Of a stretch of 64,000 nt of DNA, positions 39,492 to 49,021 are shown piece by piece. Source of the DNA: an uncultured Clostridia bacterium (GTDB lineage: Bacteria; Bacillota; Clostridia; TANB77; CAG-508). Positions within the stretch are counted from its first letter, which is position 1. Every line of letters starts with the position of its first letter. The stretch spans positions 38,610 through 102,609 of the forward strand of contig CALXAP010000001.1 in NCBI GenBank assembly GCA_944386325.1, in the 5' to 3' direction. The notes beneath the pieces are model-generated. The model was given only the letters and a program-made list of their open reading frames with translations. It was not told where the DNA came from and did no database searches. A program made the translations under genes and the position numbers.

Positions 39492-40654
39492 GAGATATAG
39501 GAATATATGTTCATATACCATTTTGTAAGAAAAAATGTTCTTATTGTGATTTTGTATCTTATGAAAATAAAACAGAAAAAATAGAAGAATATATAAAATA
39601 TATAAAAAAAGAAATATACCAAACAGCAGAGGGTGCAAGAAAAGATATAGAATGTAAACTCATAAAGCCTTTTAGAATAAATACTATATACATAGGAGGA
39701 GGTACTCCATCATATATTGATAGTAAACATATTGTAGCTATTGTAGACCTGATAAAGAAAGAATTTGAAATAGATAAAGATATAGAAATAACAATTGAAT
39801 TAAATCCAGGAACAGTTGACAAGCAAAAATTATTAGATTATAAAAATATTGGAATTAACAGATTGAGTATAGGTGTTCAAAGTAATAATGATAATTTATT
39901 AATTAGTATAGGAAGAATACATAATTATAATGAATTTCTGGACACATATACTTTAGCTAGAAAGATTGGATTTGAAAATATTAATTTGGATTTTATAATA
40001 GGTTTACCAAATCAAAAAATGGAAGATATAGATAATTTAATAATAGAAATAAAAAAATTATCTCCAGAACATATATCTATATATTCATTAATGTTAGAAG
40101 AAAATACAAAAATGTTTGAGAAATATAAAAATAATAGTTTGGAACTGCCAGATGAAAACATGGAAAGACAAATGTATTGGAAATTAAAAAATAGTTTAGA
40201 AAAAAATGGATATATACATTATGAAATATCAAATTTTGCAAAAAAAGGATGTGAATCAAGACATAATTTAGCTTGCTGGAATCAAGAAGAGTATATGGGA
40301 TTTGGAGTAGCAGCACATTCATATACAGATGGTGCTAGATATTCAAATATAGATAATATTGATGAATATATAAATAATTTTAAAAATAATAAAGATATTG
40401 AAAATATAATATTTCACGAAAAACAAAATATTGAGATGAAAATGAAGGAATATATGTTTTTGGGATTTAGAAAGATTCAAGGCATAAATATAGATGAATT
40501 TTACAATAAATTCAAAAAAGATGTTTTTGATGTTTTTTCTGATGAATTAAGTAGACTAATAGATATGAATTTAATACAGATAAATGATAATAATATAAAG
40601 TTAACTAATAAAGGTATAGATTTAGCTAATTTAGTGTTTGAAGAATTTTGTTAA
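39488..40654 (+). CDS. hemW: radical SAM heme chaperone HemW (coproporphyrinogen III oxidase-like)
   Basis: CxxxCxxC (CKKKCSYCDF) at residues 13-20 and the HemN-like C-terminal domain. Start overlaps the whiA stop. Confidence 0.8.
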   Translation: MRDIGIYVHIPFCKKKCSYCDFVSYENKTEKIEEYIKYIKKEIYQTAEGARKDIECKLIKPFRINTIYIGGGTPSYIDSKHIVAIVDLIKKEFEIDKDIEITIELNPGTVDKQKLLDYKNIGINRLSIGVQSNNDNLLISIGRIHNYNEFLDTYTLARKIGFENINLDFIIGLPNQKMEDIDNLIIEIKKLSPEHISIYSLMLEENTKMFEKYKNNSLELPDENMERQMYWKLKNSLEKNGYIHYEISNFAKKGCESRHNLACWNQEEYMGFGVAAHSYTDGARYSNIDNIDEYINNFKNNKDIENIIFHEKQNIEMKMKEYMFLGFRKIQGINIDEFYNKFKKDVFDVFSDELSRLIDMNLIQINDNNIKLTNKGIDLANLVFEEFC

Positions 40655-40675
40655 GGGGGCAGGAAAGGAAAATAA

Positions 40676-41542
40676 ATGTCTAATAAATACTGGGTTTGGC
40701 TTTCAAGTATTGATAATTTAAGTTTAGATACAATTTATAAATTATTAAAAATATTTAAAGAGCCTGAAAGAATATGGTATTTAGATAAAAAAGATTTGGA
40801 GAAGATAAATTTAAATAAAGAAGATATAGATAGAATATTAAATATATATTATAAACAAAATCTTGATAATATAATGTATTATATTAAAAAGAATAATATA
40901 ATTACAGTATCAATAAATGATGAAAACTATCCGAATAGTTTAAAAAATATATATGATCCACCGATATTATTATATTTAAAGGGTAATATTGACTTAATAT
41001 ATAAAAAATCAATATCAATTATTGGTTGTAGGCTGTGTTCTTCATATGGAAAGGTGGTTACAAAAAAATTTGCATATAATTTGGCTAAAAAAAATATTAC
41101 TATTATTAGTGGATTAGCAAGAGGAATTGATACATATGCACACATTGGTGCTCTAGAGGCAAATGGAAATACTATTGCTGTATTGGGCTCTGGTATTGAT
41201 GTAATTTATCCAAAGGAAAATGAAAATTTATATAATAGCATTATAAAAAATAATGGCTTAATAATTTCTGAATATATTATTGGTACAAAGCCAATTCCAA
41301 TTAATTTCCCAAAAAGAAATAGAATTATAAGTGCTTTGTCAAGTGGTGTGCTAGTAACAGAGGCGAAAATAAGAAGCGGAAGTTTTATTACTGTGGATTT
41401 TGCATTGGAACAAGGAAAAGAAATTTTTGCAGTACCAGGTAATATAAATAGTGTTAATTCAGAAGGAACTAATTCTTTAATAAAACAAGGAGCAAAATTG
41501 GTTACGAGTGTAGATGATATACTAGATGAATTAATTTTGTAA
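40676..41542 (+). CDS. dprA: DNA-processing protein DprA (Smf)
   Basis: Rossmann-like DprA core GLARGIDTYAHIGAL...AVLGSGID. Confidence 0.8.
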   Translation: MSNKYWVWLSSIDNLSLDTIYKLLKIFKEPERIWYLDKKDLEKINLNKEDIDRILNIYYKQNLDNIMYYIKKNNIITVSINDENYPNSLKNIYDPPILLYLKGNIDLIYKKSISIIGCRLCSSYGKVVTKKFAYNLAKKNITIISGLARGIDTYAHIGALEANGNTIAVLGSGIDVIYPKENENLYNSIIKNNGLIISEYIIGTKPIPINFPKRNRIISALSSGVLVTEAKIRSGSFITVDFALEQGKEIFAVPGNINSVNSEGTNSLIKQGAKLVTSVDDILDELIL

Positions 41543-41609
41543 AAAAACTTTAAAAACTAGATGATTTGTATTATAATAAGTTCGTATCAAAATTTACAAG
41601 GAGGATACA

Positions 41610-44159
41610 ATGGATAATAATAAAAAAAGTAAAGATAGTAAAAAAGAAGAAGTAGACAAAACAAAAGTATATAAAACTAAAAAGAATAAAGAAAAATTTA
41701 GTAAAAAACATCCAAAACTTATGCTTATAATAAAAATATTAATAGTAATTTTTGTATTCTGTATTTTGATAGGTGCAGGTATTGTTGCAGGCATATTTTA
41801 TGGATTGTTTGGAGATGACTTCAAGATAACAAAAGAGGATCTTATTATATCAAATATGAATACTGTAATATTAGATAAAGACGGAAATAATATAGGAACT
41901 ATGGCAGGAGAGGAGATAAGGCAAAAGGTTACATTGTCTGATATGCCAAAATATTTGCCAGATGCATATGTAGCAATTGAAGATGAAAGATTTGAAAAAC
42001 ATCATGGTGTTGATATAAAAAGAACTTTAGCTGCTGCAGTTACATATGTATTTAATAGAGGTCAATCATCATTTGGTGGAAGTACAATAACACAGCAATT
42101 AGTAAAAAATATAACAAATGAAAAAGAAGATAGTGGTATAGAAGGTATTATAAGAAAAATAAAAGAAATGTCAAAAGCATATCAAATAGAAAAATTAATT
42201 TCTAAAGATCAAATATTAGAGTTATATTTAAATATTCTATTTGTAGGTGGACCAGGAAATCACGGTGTACAAATGGGTGCAAAATACTATTTTGATAAAA
42301 ACGTAGGAGATTTAACATTAGAAGAGTGTGCATTTTTAGCAGGAATAAACCATTCACCTAATAAATATAATCCATTTACAAATATGACAGATGAAAAAAG
42401 TGAATTAATAAAAAATAGAACAAAAACTGTTTTAAATAAAATGCTAGAATTAGGAAAGATAAACCAAGAAGAACATGATGGAGCTGTTGCTAAGGTTAAC
42501 GAGGGATTGAATTTCCAAAAAGGTAAAACAGTAGAAAATACATATTCATATTTAACAGAAGCTGCAATAAATCAAGTTGTAAAAGACTTAGCAGAAAAAA
42601 ACGGTTGGGATGAAAATTTTGCAAAAATGAAACTTCAAAGTGGCGGATATACAATTCATACAACACAGGATAGCGGAATACAAAGTATAATGGAAGAAGA
42701 GTTTGCAAAAGACACATATGTAAAAAAATCTAAAAAAACAAAATTAAAAGATGAAGATGGAAATGACACAGATACATATGCTACAACACAAGCAGCAATG
42801 GTTATAATTGATTATAGAAGTGGTCATGTAGTTGGATTAGTTGGAGGATTAGGAGAAAAAACATCTACTGGTAATTTAAATAGAGCAACTCAAATGGTAA
42901 GACAGCCAGGTTCTGCAACAAAACCAATATCTACTATAGCACCAGCAATTAATGAAAAAATAATTACAGCAGGAACAGTATATTATGATGGAAAAACATC
43001 TTTTAGTGCAACATATAGTCCTAAAAATGATAATAATGTATATAGAGGACTTTTAACAGTAAGAGATGCTATTGCTTATTCACAAAACATGGTACCATTA
43101 AAAATAATGGTTGAATTAACACCAGGAAAATCAATTGATTATATGAGAAAAATGGGTGTATCTACATTATATAAACACGGTGAAGATGATAAAAAAGATG
43201 ATGAATCACTTCCTCTTGCAATAGGAGGTATATCAGATGGTATAAGTCCATTAGAAATGGCAGCAGCTTATGGAACAATTGCAAATGATGGTTTATATGT
43301 ATCTCCAATATTCTACACAAGTGTTACAGATGAAAATGGTAATGTAGTGTTAGAACCAACGCAAAAGCAAGAAGAGGCAATAACAAAACAAGCAGCTTAT
43401 ATAACAAAAAGTATATTAACACAACCAGTTTTAACAGGAACAGCAACATATTGTGCAATATCTGGAATGGATGTATCAGCAAAAACAGGAACAACAAATA
43501 ATAGTTATGATAGATGGCTTTGTGGATTTACACCATATTATGCAGCAGCTACATGGTTTGGATATGATCAACTAGAAGAAATTCTATGGTCTGGTAGAAA
43601 TCCAGCAGGACAAATATGGTCAAATATAATGAAAGAAATACATAGTGGGTTAGAAAAGAAAAGATATGAAAGACCTGATGATATAGTAACTGCAACTATA
43701 TGTAAAGAATCTGGAAAATTAGCAGGTGAGAATTGTTCAAAAACTACTTCAGAAGTATTTATAAAGGGAACACAGCCAACACAAAAATGTGATGCACATT
43801 TAAAAATAAAAATTTGTAAAGAAAGTGGAAAAATAGCAACAGAATTCTGTACAGATACAGAGGAAAAAGATTTTAAAGCTAAACCAGAAAAAGAATTAGA
43901 TGTAAGCTGGAATACTACATATGGCGATGAAATGAATGCTCCAACAGAGATGTGCCCAATACATACTGCACAAGTACCAGAAGAACCTGTAACACCAGAA
44001 GAGCCAGATGAACCAGAAGAACCTACTGTAGATAATACAATAGACAATACAACTAATACAACAAATAGTGTAAATACTACAAATACAACAAATAGTACTA
44101 ATAGCACAAATAGTACAAATACATCTAATACAACTAACAGTATTAGTAATGAAACTTAA
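41610..44159 (+). CDS. class A penicillin-binding protein (second PBP1A paralog) with Thr/Asn-rich low-complexity C-terminal tail
   Basis: GT motif EDERFEKHHGVD. TP motifs SATKP, SQN, KTGT. About 50% identical to the 19313 PBP. C-terminal TNTTNSTNSTN repeats. Confidence 0.85.
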   Translation: MDNNKKSKDSKKEEVDKTKVYKTKKNKEKFSKKHPKLMLIIKILIVIFVFCILIGAGIVAGIFYGLFGDDFKITKEDLIISNMNTVILDKDGNNIGTMAGEEIRQKVTLSDMPKYLPDAYVAIEDERFEKHHGVDIKRTLAAAVTYVFNRGQSSFGGSTITQQLVKNITNEKEDSGIEGIIRKIKEMSKAYQIEKLISKDQILELYLNILFVGGPGNHGVQMGAKYYFDKNVGDLTLEECAFLAGINHSPNKYNPFTNMTDEKSELIKNRTKTVLNKMLELGKINQEEHDGAVAKVNEGLNFQKGKTVENTYSYLTEAAINQVVKDLAEKNGWDENFAKMKLQSGGYTIHTTQDSGIQSIMEEEFAKDTYVKKSKKTKLKDEDGNDTDTYATTQAAMVIIDYRSGHVVGLVGGLGEKTSTGNLNRATQMVRQPGSATKPISTIAPAINEKIITAGTVYYDGKTSFSATYSPKNDNNVYRGLLTVRDAIAYSQNMVPLKIMVELTPGKSIDYMRKMGVSTLYKHGEDDKKDDESLPLAIGGISDGISPLEMAAAYGTIANDGLYVSPIFYTSVTDENGNVVLEPTQKQEEAITKQAAYITKSILTQPVLTGTATYCAISGMDVSAKTGTTNNSYDRWLCGFTPYYAAATWFGYDQLEEILWSGRNPAGQIWSNIMKEIHSGLEKKRYERPDDIVTATICKESGKLAGENCSKTTSEVFIKGTQPTQKCDAHLKIKICKESGKIATEFCTDTEEKDFKAKPEKELDVSWNTTYGDEMNAPTEMCPIHTAQVPEEPVTPEEPDEPEEPTVDNTIDNTTNTTNSVNTTNTTNSTNSTNSTNTSNTTNSISNET

Positions 44160-44280
44160 AATATATAATTATTAAAATTTTTATAAAGTGTTGAGATTGA
44201 AAACCCCTATTATTTTCATGACACATAGGGGTTTTAATTAAATTTTATTGTAGCGAAATTGCTCGGAAAGGAATGGGAGT

Positions 44281-45657
44281 ATGGATATATTTTTTTATAA
44301 CACATTAACAAAGAAAAAAGAAAAATTTGAACCGATTGAAGATAATATGGTGAAAATATATACATGTGGGCCAACAGTATACAAAGATGCAACTATAGGT
44401 AATATGAGAACATTTATTTTTATGGATAATTTAAGAAGAGTTTTAAAATATAATGGCTATAATTTAAAACATGTAATGAATCTAACAGATGTTGGACATT
44501 TAGTATCAGATGGTGATGAGGGTGAAGACAAAATGGTTAAATCTGCAAAAGAAGAGGGAAAAACACCCGAAGAAATAGCAAAATATTATACAAAATTATT
44601 TTTCAAAGATTTGGAATTATTAAATATAGATATGCCTGAAATAATATGTAAAGCTACAGATTATATAAATGATATGTTAGAATTTGTGAAAAAATTAATG
44701 GCTAATGGATATGCATATGAAACATCAACAGCGATATATTTTGATGTTTCTAAATTAGATGAATATGGAATATTGTCTGGAATAGATGTTAGAAAACAAA
44801 AAGCGGGTGCAAGAGTTGATGTAGATGAAGAAAAGAAAAATCCATATGATTTTGCTTTATGGATAAAAGCTCCAGAAAATCATATTATGAAATGGGATAG
44901 TCCATGGGGACCTAGTTATCCAGGATGGCATATAGAATGTTCTACAATGAGTCAGAAACATTTAGGCGAGCAGTTTGATATACATACAGGAGGAGTAGAT
45001 TTAATTCCTACACATCATGAGAATGAGATTGCTCAAAGTAAAGGTTGTACAGGAAAGATACCAGCAAGATTTTGGATGCATGGAGAATTTTTACTTATTA
45101 ATGGCGGAAAAATGTCTAAGAGCCTTGGAAATGTATATCTATTAAAAGATATTATTGAAAAAGGTTATGAGCCATTAGTATATAAGTATTTTTGCTATAC
45201 ATCACACTATAGAAATAAATTGAATTTTACATGGGATGCTATAGAAGCTTCAAATAAATCTTTAATGAAATTAAGAGAAAGTTATAGAAGACATTTAGAA
45301 GGAAATGAAGATGTTGAAGATGATGTTATATTAGATTATAAAAATAGATTTTTAAAAGCTATAAATGATGATTTAAATATGCCTTTGGCAATGGGAATTG
45401 TATGGGAAGTAGCTAAGAATGAGAAAAAATCTAAGAAATTTGCAGAATTATTATTAGAGTTTGATAGAGTATTAGGTTTAAAGATAGATAAAAAAGATGA
45501 CATACCAGAAGAAGTATTAAAATTAGTAGAAGAAAGAAATGTTGCAAGAAAAGAAAAAAACTGGCAAAAATCAGATGAATTGAGAGATAAAATACAAGAG
45601 TATGGTTATAGAATTGAAGATAGTAAAGAAGGAACTAAAATAGAGAAAATTAAATAA
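44281..45657 (+). CDS. cysteine--tRNA ligase family protein (divergent CysS paralog; HIGH motif reads TIGN)
   Basis: CGPTVYKDATIGNMR in place of CGPTVY..HIGH/N. Intact Zn site PGWHIECS, HHENEIAQ and KMSKS. Insertion GHLVSDGDEGEDKM after the first motif. Confidence 0.7.
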   Translation: MDIFFYNTLTKKKEKFEPIEDNMVKIYTCGPTVYKDATIGNMRTFIFMDNLRRVLKYNGYNLKHVMNLTDVGHLVSDGDEGEDKMVKSAKEEGKTPEEIAKYYTKLFFKDLELLNIDMPEIICKATDYINDMLEFVKKLMANGYAYETSTAIYFDVSKLDEYGILSGIDVRKQKAGARVDVDEEKKNPYDFALWIKAPENHIMKWDSPWGPSYPGWHIECSTMSQKHLGEQFDIHTGGVDLIPTHHENEIAQSKGCTGKIPARFWMHGEFLLINGGKMSKSLGNVYLLKDIIEKGYEPLVYKYFCYTSHYRNKLNFTWDAIEASNKSLMKLRESYRRHLEGNEDVEDDVILDYKNRFLKAINDDLNMPLAMGIVWEVAKNEKKSKKFAELLLEFDRVLGLKIDKKDDIPEEVLKLVEERNVARKEKNWQKSDELRDKIQEYGYRIEDSKEGTKIEKIK

Positions 45658-45671
45658 TGGAGCTGTGATGA

Positions 45672-45690
45672 GGGCGAACAGCGTTCGCCC
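45672..45690. repeat. GC-rich hairpin GGGCGAACAGCGTTCGCCC (copy 3 of 3)
   Basis: Perfect 8-bp stem, 14 nt after the CysS-like stop. Confidence 0.5.
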
Positions 45691-45779
45691 GTTTAAATGT
45701 TTATTGTCTTATAGTATTGTAATATATATTCTTTTAGTGTAAAATATGGAAATAGGTATATAATATATTGGAGGATAGT

Positions 45780-46841
45780 ATGAGAATATTAGATGAAAAT
45801 AGTAAAGATAAATATAAGGAATTCCTTGTAAACCATGAAAGATGTAATTTTCAGCAATCACCAGAATGGGCAAAAGTAAAAAGTAATTGGATAAATGAAG
45901 TGGTACTTGCAGAAGATGAAAATAAAAATATTATAGGTTCTATAAGTGTATTAATTAGAAAAATACCTATTTTCGGTAACATGATGTATTCTTCAAGAGG
46001 ACCTGTATGTGATATACACAATGAAAAAGTTTTAGAACAATTAACAGAAGGTGTAAAACAATTATCCAAAAAATATAATGCATTTGTTTTTATAATAGAA
46101 CCAGATATAAAAAGTAATGATAAAGAATTTAGAGATATAATTTTAAAATTAGGGTATAAAATAAAAGATGATGCCAAAAATTTTAGAGAGGAAATACAAC
46201 CAAGATATGTATTTAGATTAGATTTAAAAGGCAAAACAGAAGATGATATATTTAAAGCATTTCATCAAAAAACTAGATATAATGTTAGATTAGCAATAAA
46301 AAAAGGTGTAATTGTTAAAGAAGGAACAAGAGATGATTTAAAAGATTTTCACAAAATAATGGTTACAACAGGGCAAAGGGATGGATTTATTATAAGACCA
46401 TTGAGTTATTTCGAAAAAATGTATGATGAATTAGTTCCAAATGGGCATATGAAATTAATGATGGCATATTATGAGGACAAGCCAATTGCTGGAATAATAC
46501 CAATAATTTATGGTAATAAGGTTTGGTATTTATATGGTGCTAGTAGTAATGAGCATAGAAATTTAATGCCTAATTATTTGTTACAATGGAATATGATAAA
46601 ATATGCAATAGATAATGGATTTGATATGTATGATTTTAGAGGAGTATCAGGAGTTGTTGAAAAAGATCATCCTCAATATGGATTATATAGATTCAAAAAA
46701 GGGTTTGGAGCAGAGTTTACGGAGTTCATAGGTGAAGTATATATACCTTTTAAAGCTTTAAGGTATAAATTATATAAATTTTCAGAAAAAACTTTTAGAA
46801 AATTAAGAGCAATTAAACGAAAAGTTATAAATAGGAGTTAA
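45780..46841 (+). CDS. FemAB-family peptidoglycan interpeptide-bridge aminoacyltransferase (FemX-like)
   Basis: About 353 aa. GNAT-tandem FemAB family pattern with a coiled-coil insert. RBS GGAGG 5 nt upstream. Confidence 0.7.
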   Translation: MRILDENSKDKYKEFLVNHERCNFQQSPEWAKVKSNWINEVVLAEDENKNIIGSISVLIRKIPIFGNMMYSSRGPVCDIHNEKVLEQLTEGVKQLSKKYNAFVFIIEPDIKSNDKEFRDIILKLGYKIKDDAKNFREEIQPRYVFRLDLKGKTEDDIFKAFHQKTRYNVRLAIKKGVIVKEGTRDDLKDFHKIMVTTGQRDGFIIRPLSYFEKMYDELVPNGHMKLMMAYYEDKPIAGIIPIIYGNKVWYLYGASSNEHRNLMPNYLLQWNMIKYAIDNGFDMYDFRGVSGVVEKDHPQYGLYRFKKGFGAEFTEFIGEVYIPFKALRYKLYKFSEKTFRKLRAIKRKVINRS

Positions 46842-46844
46842 TAT

Positions 46845-47969
46845 ATGAAAGCTTTAATAATAAATAAGAAAGATTTGAAACATAATATAGACATAATAAA
46901 AGATTTATCAAAAGAAGGTAAAGAATACAATGAAGATATAGAATTTCAAATTATAGGTATAGTTAAAGGAAATGGCTATGGTTTAGGATTAGTTGAATTT
47001 TCAAAATTCCTTATTGATAATGGTATAAAGATTCTAGGTGTTTCAACTGTAGAAGAAGCTGTAAAATTAAGAGAAGCTGGTATAAAAGAAACTATAATTA
47101 TGCTTTCTTCTACTTGTATAGATAAAGAAATTGAATTATTAATAGAAAACAATATTATACTAACAATTGGATCAGAGTTATCTGCAATTAAGATAGATGA
47201 AATTTCAAAGAGATTAGATGTAACATCAAAAGTAAATTTAAAAATAGATACAGGTTTTGGCAGATATGGATTTGTATATAATGATTTAGAAAATGCTGTT
47301 ACAACATTAAAAAAATTGACAAATGTAGAAATTGTAACAACCTTTTCACATTTTTCAATGTCTTTTGCTAAAAAAGATAAATGGACAAAAATACAATTTA
47401 ATAGATTTGTAAATGCAGTATCATATTTGCAAGAAAATAAAATAAAAACAGGTTTTTTACATATTTGTAATTCATCTGCCTTTTTAAGATTTAATAATAT
47501 GTATTTAAATGCAGCAAGGGTTGGTTCAGCATTTCTAGGAAGAATTATTGTACAAAATGAATTAGGTTTAAAGAAAATAGGGATAATGAAAACAAATATT
47601 TCAGAAATAAAAATCTTGCCTAAAGGTTTTAATATTGGATATTCAAATACTTTTAAAACAAAAAGAAGAACAAAAGTTGCAATAATACCAGTTGGGTATT
47701 CTGATGGATTTAATGTTAGAAATTGTCATGATAGCTATAGAATAAGAGATAAGATTAGATATTTATATAATGATGTTAAAGATTTTTTTAAAAATAAACA
47801 ATTAAAAGTAATTATAAATGATAAAAAATATACTGTTATGGGAAAAATAGGTATGTATCATATTGCTATAGATATAACAAATAATGATGAGATTAATATT
47901 AATGATGAAGTATATTTAGATATAAATCCTTTATATGTTGATAGTAGTGTTAGAAGGGAGTATATTTAA
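46845..47969 (+). CDS. alanine racemase family (fold-type III PLP) protein, atypical motifs
   Basis: VKGNGYGLG (PLP-Lys region) and ARVGSAFLG near the C-terminus. 374 aa. 4 nt after the Fem gene. Confidence 0.65.
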   Translation: MKALIINKKDLKHNIDIIKDLSKEGKEYNEDIEFQIIGIVKGNGYGLGLVEFSKFLIDNGIKILGVSTVEEAVKLREAGIKETIIMLSSTCIDKEIELLIENNIILTIGSELSAIKIDEISKRLDVTSKVNLKIDTGFGRYGFVYNDLENAVTTLKKLTNVEIVTTFSHFSMSFAKKDKWTKIQFNRFVNAVSYLQENKIKTGFLHICNSSAFLRFNNMYLNAARVGSAFLGRIIVQNELGLKKIGIMKTNISEIKILPKGFNIGYSNTFKTKRRTKVAIIPVGYSDGFNVRNCHDSYRIRDKIRYLYNDVKDFFKNKQLKVIINDKKYTVMGKIGMYHIAIDITNNDEININDEVYLDINPLYVDSSVRREYI

Positions 47970-48997
47970 TGGATAAAATTAAATTAGGCTTTTTTAGAAA
48001 ATTAAAATTAGCAGTTTTTAATTTAGAAAAATATAGTCAATTTGCATTAGAAAAGACATCAGAATCTTTAAAATATTTGTTGAAGTTGACTTTACTATTT
48101 TCTTTAATAATTAGTTTAGCAATTACTTATAAAACAGCTGAATTTATAAATGATTCAAAACAGAGAATAGAAAATGAATTACCAGATTTTCAAATATCAA
48201 ATAATACATTAACAACTGCAAGTACTGAACCAACAGTATTAGAAAATAGTGAATTAATTGACTATTCTATAATTATAGACTCAAATGAAAATATAGAGGA
48301 TAGTAAGATTGAAGAATATAAGAAAAAAATAGAATTATATAATTTTGGAGTTGTATTTCTAAAAAATGAAATAATTGTTAAAAATTCGATGACAATGAAT
48401 AATAATTTAGAAACATATTCATATGATGATGCATTAAAATTATTAAATGATGAAGATAATAGCATTAATAAACAAGATTTGTTAAATAGAATAAATACTA
48501 TAGAACCATCTGTTTTATATATATCATTATTCTTAACATTTGTAATATATATGTTTACATCATATTTTATAGCAATACTTTTTGAAACATTATTATTATT
48601 TATCATGGGATATTTTACTTGTAGATTAGTTAATTTAAAATTGAAGAATAATCAAGTATATAATATTGCTATATATTCATTGACTTTACCTATATTATTA
48701 AATGTAATATATATACCTGTTAGAATGATTACAAATTTCAATATAGAATATTTTCAAATAATGTATACAACAATATCTGTAATATATCTTGTAACATCAA
48801 TATTGATGATGAAAACAGAGATGACTAAACAACAAGAAGAAGTACAAAAGATTCAAGAAATACAAAAACAAATACATGAGGAAACAGAAGTAGAAACAAA
48901 AGAGGAAGAAAAAGAAGAAAAACAAAAGGATAATGAAGATAAAAAAGAAAATAAAAAATTAGGTGATAAAGGGGAATCCCCTGAGCCAACAAATTAA
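47969..48997 (+). CDS. hypothetical polytopic membrane protein with Glu/Lys-rich C-terminal tail
   Basis: 5-6 hydrophobic helices. C-terminal EEVQKIQEIQKQIHEETEVETKEEEKEEKQKDNEDKKENKK. Start overlaps the racemase stop. Confidence 0.5.
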   Translation: MDKIKLGFFRKLKLAVFNLEKYSQFALEKTSESLKYLLKLTLLFSLIISLAITYKTAEFINDSKQRIENELPDFQISNNTLTTASTEPTVLENSELIDYSIIIDSNENIEDSKIEEYKKKIELYNFGVVFLKNEIIVKNSMTMNNNLETYSYDDALKLLNDEDNSINKQDLLNRINTIEPSVLYISLFLTFVIYMFTSYFIAILFETLLLFIMGYFTCRLVNLKLKNNQVYNIAIYSLTLPILLNVIYIPVRMITNFNIEYFQIMYTTISVIYLVTSILMMKTEMTKQQEEVQKIQEIQKQIHEETEVETKEEEKEEKQKDNEDKKENKKLGDKGESPEPTN

Positions 48998-49021
48998 AAA
49001 ATATAAGCAGGAAGGGATAAT

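Noticed and set aside
43568-44107. 179-aa minus-strand ORF
   Set aside because: Antisense to the Thr/Asn-repeat tail of the second PBP. Low-complexity mirror ORF.
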